A stretch of DNA of 64,000 bases from Bacillota bacterium. GTDB lineage: Bacteria; Bacillota_I; Bacilli_A; RF39; UBA660. The position numbers and the translations under genes were made by a program. Positions within the stretch are counted from its first letter, which is position 1; each line of letters opens with the position of its first letter. This document shows, piece by piece, positions 57,437 to 64,000 of the stretch. The DNA lies in the NCBI GenBank assembly GCA_015059365.1, contig SVAO01000004.1, positions 18,091 to 82,090 of the forward strand. The letters are read 5' to 3'. A model generated the notes under the pieces. That model did not search any database and was not told the DNA's origin. It worked only from the letters and a program-made list of their open reading frames with translations.

Positions 57437-59248
57437 ATGAAAAAAATTAGAAATATAGCTATTATTGCCCATGTTGACCATGGAAAAACCACTTTGGTTG
57501 ATAGTTTATTACATTTATCTGGTACATTTAGGGAAAATGAAGAAGTAGAAGAATGTGTTATGGATTCTAATGATATTGAAAGAGAGAGAGGAATTACCAT
57601 TTTATCAAAGACTACTGCAATCAATTATAAAGATTACCGTATTAATATATTAGATACTCCAGGACATGCTGATTTTGGTGGAGAAGTAGAACGTATTATG
57701 AATATGGTAGATGGTGTACTATTAGTAGTAGATGCCTATGAAGGAACTATGCCACAAACTAGATTTGTATTAAAGAAAGCATTAGAAGCAGGAGTTACTC
57801 CTATTGTAATAGTTAATAAAATTGATAAACCAGCTGCTAGACCAAAAGAAGTAGTTGACGAGGTATTAGATTTATTTATTGAATTAGGTGCAGATATTGA
57901 TCAATTAGAGTTCCCAGTAATTTATGCATCAGGTTTATCAGGAACGTCAAGTTTAAGCCCAGAATTAGAAACGCAAGAACATACAATGGAACCTGTATTT
58001 GAAGCTATTATTAACCATATTCCGGCACCTGATGTTGATATTGAAGGGGGATTTCAATTTCAACCTGCCTTGTTAGATTATAATGATTTCGTTGGAAGAA
58101 TTGGTATTGGACGTGTAAAACGTGGTACTGTTAAGGTTAACGAAATGGTTTCATGTGTTAGATTAGATGGTTCTATTAAGCAATTTCGTATTCAAAAAAT
58201 GTTTGGATTCTTCGGATTAAAGCGTATTGAAATTACTGAAGCTAGTGCAGGAGATATTGTTGCAATTGCAGGACTTCCAGATATAAGTGTTGGAGAAACC
58301 GTTTGTACTATGGGAAAGGAAGAAGCTTTACCACATTTAAGAATTGATGAACCAACATTACAAATGACTTTCGGTGTAAACACATCACCATTCTGTGGTC
58401 GAGAAGGAAAACTTTTAACAGCAAGTAAGATTGCAGAACGTCTTAGAAAAGAAACAGAACGAGATGTATCTTTACGCGTAGTTCCTAGTGATAATGAGTC
58501 ATTCGTAGTATCAGGACGAGGAGAATTACATTTATCAATATTAATTGAAAACATGCGTCGTGAAGGGTTTGAATTACAAGTATCAAAACCTGAAGTAATT
58601 ATAAAAGAAATTGATGGTATAAAATGTGAACCATTTGAAGATGTTCAAATTGATATGCCAGAAGAATATATGGGTAATGTAATTGAGGCTTTAGGAAATC
58701 GTGAAGCAGAATTAGTAAATATGACCCAACAAGATGGACAAGTTAAAATTCATTATATTATGCCTTCTCGTGGTCTTATTGGATTTACAACGGATTTTAT
58801 GACAATGACTAAAGGGTATGGTATGTTAAATCATACATATCTAGAATATAGAAAAATGGCTAGTAGTAAAGTTGGAGAAAGAAAATTAGGTGTACTAGTT
58901 TCTATGGAAAATGGTAAGGCAACTGCATATGCGTTGGGACAATTAGAAGATCGTGGTGTAATGTTTATTGAACCAGGTGCAGAAGTATACGAAGGGATGA
59001 TTGTTGGAGAACACAATCATGATAATGATTTGGCGGTTAATGTTGTTAAAGGTAAAAAATTAACAAATACACGTGCTTCAGGTAGTGATCATACAGTAGT
59101 ATTAAACAGACCACGTATTATGAGCCTAGAAACTTGTTTAGATTACATTAATAGTGATGAACTTGTTGAGGTTACACCTGTTGGATATCGTTTAAGAAAG
59201 AAAATTTTAAATACTGAACAACGTAAAAAATTTGATAGTAAAAAATAA
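57437..59248 (+). CDS. typA: translational GTPase TypA/BipA
   Basis: Start refined to ATG 57437. Motifs AHVDHGKTT and [11 protein letters not shown]-like domain order. Confidence 0.96.
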   Translation: MKKIRNIAIIAHVDHGKTTLVDSLLHLSGTFRENEEVEECVMDSNDIERERGITILSKTTAINYKDYRINILDTPGHADFGGEVERIMNMVDGVLLVVDAYEGTMPQTRFVLKKALEAGVTPIVIVNKIDKPAARPKEVVDEVLDLFIELGADIDQLEFPVIYASGLSGTSSLSPELETQEHTMEPVFEAIINHIPAPDVDIEGGFQFQPALLDYNDFVGRIGIGRVKRGTVKVNEMVSCVRLDGSIKQFRIQKMFGFFGLKRIEITEASAGDIVAIAGLPDISVGETVCTMGKEEALPHLRIDEPTLQMTFGVNTSPFCGREGKLLTASKIAERLRKETERDVSLRVVPSDNESFVVSGRGELHLSILIENMRREGFELQVSKPEVIIKEIDGIKCEPFEDVQIDMPEEYMGNVIEALGNREAELVNMTQQDGQVKIHYIMPSRGLIGFTTDFMTMTKGYGMLNHTYLEYRKMASSKVGERKLGVLVSMENGKATAYALGQLEDRGVMFIEPGAEVYEGMIVGEHNHDNDLAVNVVKGKKLTNTRASGSDHTVVLNRPRIMSLETCLDYINSDELVEVTPVGYRLRKKILNTEQRKKFDSKK

Positions 59249-59262
59249 AGGAATTAATAATG

Positions 59263-59526
59263 TTAACTCATTACTAATTCCTTTTTTTCTTCCACTATAC
59301 TTTTATCAAAAAAATTTGTGATATCGACATTTAAAAAAATTGCTATTTGTTCTAGTGTATCAATAGAAATAGTTTGATAAGTATCTGATTCTAATTTAGC
59401 AATAAAACTTTCGCTTAAGAGTAATGTTTCTGCTAGTTTTCTCTGAGTAAATCCTTTTTCTTTTCTATACTTTTTAATATTCTTACCAATAACATTATAA
59501 ATGTTAATTTGTTTGCTATTTGTCAT
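59263..59526 (-). CDS. XRE-family HTH transcriptional regulator
   Basis: 87 aa with FTQRKLAETLLLSESFIAKLE. Confidence 0.8.
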   Translation of the reverse strand: MTNSKQINIYNVIGKNIKKYRKEKGFTQRKLAETLLLSESFIAKLESDTYQTISIDTLEQIAIFLNVDITNFFDKSIVEEKKELVMS

Positions 59527-59568
59527 ACTATCACCATCTTTATTTTCTCATATAAATTATTTTCAAAT

Positions 59569-59587
59569 CATAGACAAATAGTCTATG
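59569..59587. promoter_or_regulatory. palindromic operator candidate between divergent XRE genes
   Basis: CATAGAC-aaata-GTCTATG. It overlaps the -35 hexamers of both divergent promoter candidates (TAGACA-N17-TATAAT rightward, TTGTCT-N17-TATATG leftward). Confidence 0.45.
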
Positions 59588-59614
59588 TTGGGCTATAATT
59601 AAATAGGTGATAAA

Positions 59615-59815
59615 ATGTATACAACAGAACGCTTGAAAACAATTAGAAAGCAACATGGTTACACTATATATCAAATGGCTGAAAAAATAGGTATAACGCC
59701 TTCTTTTTACTCTCAAATAGAGAATAAAAGAAGACGTTTATTTTATGACACTGCCTGTTTAATCGCCCGTGTTTTTGATATGAAACCAGATGAAATATTT
59801 TATATTAATAAATAA
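59615..59815 (+). CDS. XRE-family HTH transcriptional regulator
   Basis: 66 aa with YTIYQMAEKIGITPSFYSQIE. Confidence 0.8.
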   Translation: MYTTERLKTIRKQHGYTIYQMAEKIGITPSFYSQIENKRRRLFYDTACLIARVFDMKPDEIFYINK

Positions 59816-59842
59816 TTATGATAAAATAAAATTGGTGATTTT

Positions 59843-61456
59843 ATGAGAGGTGAAAATCTTAATTTATGTTATGGTACAGAAATAATTTATGAAGATGCCT
59901 CTTTTTTTATAAATAATGATGAAAAAGTGGGTATAGTAGGAGTTAATGGTGCTGGGAAAACTACTTTGTTTAAATTAATTTTAAAAAAAGAAATATTAAA
60001 TAGTGGTAAAATAACAATAAGTAATCATAAACGAATTGCTTATCTTCCACAAGAAATCGAATATTTAGAACAAGAAAAGTTAGTGATAGATTATTTATTG
60101 GAAGCTAGACCAATTAAAAAATTGCAGAAAGAAATAGAAGAAGCCTATATTGAAATAACAAAAATTGCTGATTTAAAAAAGCAAAATAAACTGTTAAAAG
60201 AAATTGGGAAAAAACAAGAATTGTTAGAATATTATGATTGTTATAATGCAGAAAATACACTATTTGAATTGTTAGATAAAATGAATGTAGACTTTGAATT
60301 GTTAGATAAAAAATTAAAGGAATTATCGGGAGGTCAAAAGTCTAAGATTGCTTTTGTTCATTTACTTTATGAAAATGCAGATATACTTTTATTAGATGAA
60401 CCAACAAATCATTTGGATCATGATACTAGACAATATATAACGGATTATTTAAAAAATTATCATGGAATGGTTTTAATTATATCCCATGATACAATATTTT
60501 TAGATGAAATAGTTGGAAATATCCTATATGTAGATAAAAATACTCATAAGATAAATAAGTATTTAGGTAATTACTCAACATTTTTAAAAAAGTTAGAACA
60601 AGAGAAGGTTATAAACGAAAAAATTATTGAAAAGCAAGCCTTAGAAGAAAAGAAATTAAAAGATTTTATTCTTCAGTATTCTAATTCCTCAGGAAAAAGA
60701 AAAAGAATCGCTCAATCTAGGGAGAAATTACTTGCTAAAAAACAAAAACAATATATTTCTAAAATAGAAACACAAAAAGCAGCAAGAATAAATATTCAAC
60801 CTAACAACGAAGGTTCTAAGATTCCGATAAAAGTAAATAATATTAGTTTTAATTATCCAGATTCTAAATTGTTATTTGAGAGGTTATCGTTTATGATTCA
60901 AAATAAAGAACGTTTTCTCATTGTTGGTGAAAATGGAGTTGGCAAGTCAACATTATTAAAACTTTTAATAAAACAATTAAAGCCCAATGAAGGTTCAATT
61001 TGGTTTGGAAATAAAACAGATATTGCATATTATTCCCAAGAACAAGAAGATTTAGATTTAGATACAACTATCTTGAAAAATGTAGATGATAAAAATTTTA
61101 GTGAACGTGAATTAAGAACGATACTTGGAAGTTTTTTATTTTTTGGTGATGATGTTTTTAAAAGTGTAAATATTTTGTCACCAGGCGAAAAAGCTAGAGT
61201 TTTACTTGCAAAAATTATGTTGAAACGTGCTAATTTGCTTATTTTAGATGAGCCGACTAATCACTTAGATGTTGAAACACAAAAGGCTATAGGTAATAAT
61301 TTTGCAAATTATAACGGAACAATAATTTTGGTTAGTCATAATCCTGAATTTGTTGAACAAATCGGAATAGATAGGATGTTAATTCTGCCATCAGGTAAAA
61401 TTACCAACTATTCTAAAGAAAAGTTAGAATATTATTCAACTATTAATAATAAATAA
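59843..61456 (+). CDS. ABC-F family ATPase (two NBDs, no TMD)
   Basis: 537 aa. Walker A GVNGAGKTT and GENGVGKST, two LSGG/SPGE signatures, two LLDEPTNHLD Walker B motifs and an inter-domain linker of about 80 aa. Confidence 0.9.
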   Translation: MRGENLNLCYGTEIIYEDASFFINNDEKVGIVGVNGAGKTTLFKLILKKEILNSGKITISNHKRIAYLPQEIEYLEQEKLVIDYLLEARPIKKLQKEIEEAYIEITKIADLKKQNKLLKEIGKKQELLEYYDCYNAENTLFELLDKMNVDFELLDKKLKELSGGQKSKIAFVHLLYENADILLLDEPTNHLDHDTRQYITDYLKNYHGMVLIISHDTIFLDEIVGNILYVDKNTHKINKYLGNYSTFLKKLEQEKVINEKIIEKQALEEKKLKDFILQYSNSSGKRKRIAQSREKLLAKKQKQYISKIETQKAARINIQPNNEGSKIPIKVNNISFNYPDSKLLFERLSFMIQNKERFLIVGENGVGKSTLLKLLIKQLKPNEGSIWFGNKTDIAYYSQEQEDLDLDTTILKNVDDKNFSERELRTILGSFLFFGDDVFKSVNILSPGEKARVLLAKIMLKRANLLILDEPTNHLDVETQKAIGNNFANYNGTIILVSHNPEFVEQIGIDRMLILPSGKITNYSKEKLEYYSTINNK

Positions 61457-61461
61457 TTATA

Positions 61462-61491
61462 AAAACTGCTTAGCAATTGTTAAGCAGTTTT
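61462..61491. terminator. bidirectional terminator shared by ABC-F and ddl
   Basis: AAAACTGCTTA-N8-TAAGCAGTTTT. The left arm contains the ddl stop codon. Confidence 0.65.
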
Positions 61492-62450
61492 GTTATTAAA
61501 TCTTTATAACTAATTCCTTTTTGAATAAATAATTGTGGATACATGCTAATTGATGTAAAACCAGGAAGAGTATTAATTTCATTTATATAAATTTGTTCAT
61601 TTGTCTCATCATAAAAAAAATCTACTCTTGCAAATCCACAACCTTCTAATCCGTTAAAAGCAATTTTTGCATATTCCTTAATTTGATCACTTACACTCTT
61701 ACTTATATCAGCCGGAATTAAAGTATATGATTTTTTATTTTCATATTTAGCGTTATAATCATAAAAATCATTAGCTGATTTAATTTCCCCAACTTCTGAA
61801 GTGCAACAAATTTTATCTTTTATTATTGCACATTCTAATTCTCTTGCTATAATAAATTTTTCCACAATAATTTTTTTATCAAATTTAAAAGCTTGTTTTA
61901 TTGCTTTTTTTAGTTCAACTTTATTGTTTACTTTTGATATTCCTATTGATGAACCACCGTTAGCTGGTTTTATAATCATAGGAAAATCTAAAGTATCTGT
62001 TATATCCTTTATGTTACATTTTGGATTTTTAACGATTATGAATGGTACTTGTGGAATATTTAAGTATTTGAATACTATTTTTGAAAAGACTTTATCCATT
62101 CCAATTGCACTACTTAAAGTTTTGCACCCTATATACTTAATATTAAATAAATCTAACATTCCTTGGAGTTTTCCATCCTCGCCATTTATGCCGTGTGTTA
62201 TTGGAAAAACAATATCAAAAGACTGTAGATATTCTATGATATTAGTTACTTTTTTAATATTATAATTTTTCCACTCGGTAATTGATTCAGTTGTATCATG
62301 ATATTCATACCAGCAGTTATCAAAGTCGATGATGCATGCAGATATATTAAATTTTGTTTTATCAATATTTTCTAATATAGATTGGGCAGACATAAGGGAT
62401 ACTTTATGTTCAGTAGAATTTCCACCACATAAAAGTAAAACATTTTTCAT
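61470..62450 (-). CDS. ddl: D-alanine--D-alanine ligase
   Basis: 326 aa with an ATP-grasp domain and GGNSTEH, GEDG and EINTLPG motifs. Confidence 0.95.
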   Translation of the reverse strand: MKNVLLLCGGNSTEHKVSLMSAQSILENIDKTKFNISACIIDFDNCWYEYHDTTESITEWKNYNIKKVTNIIEYLQSFDIVFPITHGINGEDGKLQGMLDLFNIKYIGCKTLSSAIGMDKVFSKIVFKYLNIPQVPFIIVKNPKCNIKDITDTLDFPMIIKPANGGSSIGISKVNNKVELKKAIKQAFKFDKKIIVEKFIIARELECAIIKDKICCTSEVGEIKSANDFYDYNAKYENKKSYTLIPADISKSVSDQIKEYAKIAFNGLEGCGFARVDFFYDETNEQIYINEINTLPGFTSISMYPQLFIQKGISYKDLITKLLNNC

Positions 62451-62628
62451 CTTTTCACCTCATTACAATATATGAAATAATTTTGTTAAAGTGTAAAGTG
62501 GATAATTTAATTATTGCTTTTTAAAAAACAAAAATGGTATAATAAAAGTGATTTATAAGATATTTTGTCCCTTTTTTAGAAAGAAACAATATAATCAAGT
62601 TAAATCAAATCTAAAAAGGAGGATTAAA

Positions 62629-62802
62629 ATGCAAGATAAAACTATTGTTTGTAAAGATTGTGGTAAGGAATTTATTTTTTCTGTGAGAGAACAAGAATTC
62701 TATAAAGAAAAAGGTTTTGATAATGAACCAAAGAGATGTAAAGAATGTCGCATCGCTAAAAAAGAAAATCAAAAAAATTCTGAACATAAAGAAAATAATT
62801 AA
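62629..62802 (+). CDS. small zinc-ribbon protein (CxxC...CxxC)
   Basis: Start refined to ATG 62629 (AGGAGG RBS), giving 57 aa with CKDCGKEF...EQEFYKEKGF...RCKECR. Confidence 0.7.
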   Translation: MQDKTIVCKDCGKEFIFSVREQEFYKEKGFDNEPKRCKECRIAKKENQKNSEHKENN

Positions 62803-62829
62803 AATAAAAACTCCATATAAATGGAGTTT

Positions 62830-63540
62830 TTATTTTATTTCAGTATTAAATTTAATATTATCTGTAACCTCATCATAAGTGGGGATAATATTAAAAGTGT
62901 ATCCGTATTTGTTAGAAAAACTAATTTTATAATTAGGAATTTTTTCTATCTTTTTTCTTATAACAATCGTGTTTAAATTTACTAATTCCTGTGAATACAA
63001 TAAATTTATTTCCTCAAATAAATTATCTTTTAATTCTATTTCATTTATTTTAAAGTTTGTTATTGGTTCATTAAACTTAATTACTACATATTCATTTCCT
63101 TTATCTAATCTAATATTATTTTCTTTATTGTTTTCTTCGTAATCTACTATAAATTCAATAGTATAAAAGTTATTATTAGTATATTTATTTATTGTTTCTT
63201 CTAATAAAAAACTTAATTCTTTAACTTTTTCCTTGTTTTTTGTGTAACAGTACTTATTATCTTTTTGATATTCCATATAATAGTTATTAGAAAGAGTAAA
63301 ATTTATTACTGAATTAGTTGTACTGATTGAAAGATTCTGACCATCATATTGTTTATTTTTTCCACAATAAAAATTTAACTGATTTAGAATTTCGACAATA
63401 TTAGAATAATCCATAGTATTAATTATATATTGATTATATCTGATATTTATAACGTCTTCTTTTATGAATGTTTTTTGATTACATCCTGCTATTTCTAATA
63501 CAAAGGTTAATAATCCTAAAATAGTTATTATTTTTTTCAT
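62830..63540 (-). CDS. hypothetical lipoprotein
   Basis: 236 aa with a signal peptide and IAGC lipobox. Asn/Lys/Tyr-rich with no recognisable domain. Confidence 0.65.
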   Translation of the reverse strand: MKKIITILGLLTFVLEIAGCNQKTFIKEDVINIRYNQYIINTMDYSNIVEILNQLNFYCGKNKQYDGQNLSISTTNSVINFTLSNNYYMEYQKDNKYCYTKNKEKVKELSFLLEETINKYTNNNFYTIEFIVDYEENNKENNIRLDKGNEYVVIKFNEPITNFKINEIELKDNLFEEINLLYSQELVNLNTIVIRKKIEKIPNYKISFSNKYGYTFNIIPTYDEVTDNIKFNTEIK

Positions 63541-63598
63541 AATTCACCCCATTATTATTATGCAATGATAATAAGAAAAAATACTATTTGCATAGTAT

Positions 63599-64000
63599 TT
63601 AAACTTTTTTCTCTAAATAATAATTACGCAATTCTTTAAATCTTTGATAATGAATAACTTCACGTTGACGTAAAAAAGATAAAGGACCTAATAAATCAGG
63701 ATCGTTAGTTAAATCCATTAGATGCTCATAAGTTGCACGAGCTCTTTGTTCTGCTGCCATATTGGATTCTAAATCAGCAATATAATCTCCGCTGGCTTCA
63801 ATATAAGCTGTAGTGAATGGTACACCAGATGCATCTGTTGGAAATAATGCATGATCGTGTTGAGTGAAATGAGGCCCCAAACCGTTAGCAACTAATTCTT
63901 CTACAGTAGCACCTTTTACTAATTGTGATATCATAGCAGCTATTATTTCAATGTGAGCAAGTTCATTTCTACAATTATGTTGTCAGTTAAAGAGGCCACA
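63599..64000 (-). pseudogene. cotJC: CotJC-like manganese catalase-family spore coat protein, apparently frameshifted (5' end beyond window)
   Basis: The ORF-track piece (63599-63934) matches the CotJC C-terminal two-thirds. Upstream, the same frame gives NELAHIEIIAAM and then hits TGA (63983-85). A second frame reads VASLTDNIIVE. The two frames join if the T3 run at 63966-63968 were T4. Confidence 0.7.

Noticed and set aside
63983-63985. In-frame TGA in cotJC as a hint of an alternative genetic code (TGA=Trp)
   Set aside because: All housekeeping genes in the window are full length under the standard bacterial code, and TGA is used as a genuine stop (for example 8681-8683). A 1-nt frameshift at 63966-63968 explains the break better.

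Overview
Visibly AT-rich chromosomal origin region of an endospore-forming, gene-dense Bacillota. Gene order reads like a condensed B. subtilis origin-proximal map (comparison from memory). oriC is bipartite, with DnaA-box clusters on both sides of dnaA (about 22.0-22.15 kb and 23.5-23.8 kb), and it splits the window. All genes to its left are on the minus strand: dnaA-dnaN-comK-recF-gyrB-gyrA-SRP RNA-tadA-dnaX-ybaB-recR-bofA-holB-ricT-yabB-rsmI-pth-mfd-spoVT-[Met T-box]-dut-metG-small ORF-tatD. Genes to its right are on the plus strand: rpmH-rnpA-yidC-jag-mnmE-mnmG-rsmG-noc, a glycosyltransferase island, uvrB-yvlD-lgt-trxB-yvcK-whiA-rplI-dnaB-walJ-rlmH-spoIIR-mntP-fba-murA-SGNH-rpmE-M23-rpiB-ywzB-spoIID-spoIIQ-spoIIID-mreB-tagO-DUF421. 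A mixed-strand, more accessory tail follows (56.7-64 kb): secreted nuclease, typA, a divergent XRE pair plus ABC-F, ddl, a zinc-ribbon protein, a lipoprotein and a frameshifted cotJC. I found no CRISPR array, tRNA/rRNA gene, intact mobile element or recognisable defence system. The most notable points concern chromosome organisation. (1) The only ParB-family gene is Noc-type. It lacks the N-terminal membrane helix, carries a roughly 160-aa acidic insertion, and is not followed by soj-spo0J. (2) Two perfect Noc-binding-site palindromes lie inside rsmI and rsmG, and two perfect parS palindromes bracket a minimal (about 78 nt, Alu-less) SRP RNA gene. (3) A ComK homolog sits in the dnaN-recF slot. 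(4) A shared GTATA-N14/15-GCTCA motif lies upstream of spoIIR and spoIIQ; the spoIIR copy is nested inside the rlmH terminator hairpin, which also occludes the spoIIR RBS. (5) A three-glycosyltransferase island plus an orphan two-gene operon lies where soj-spo0J would be expected. All functional calls come from reading the translations and motifs by eye. No database search was run.
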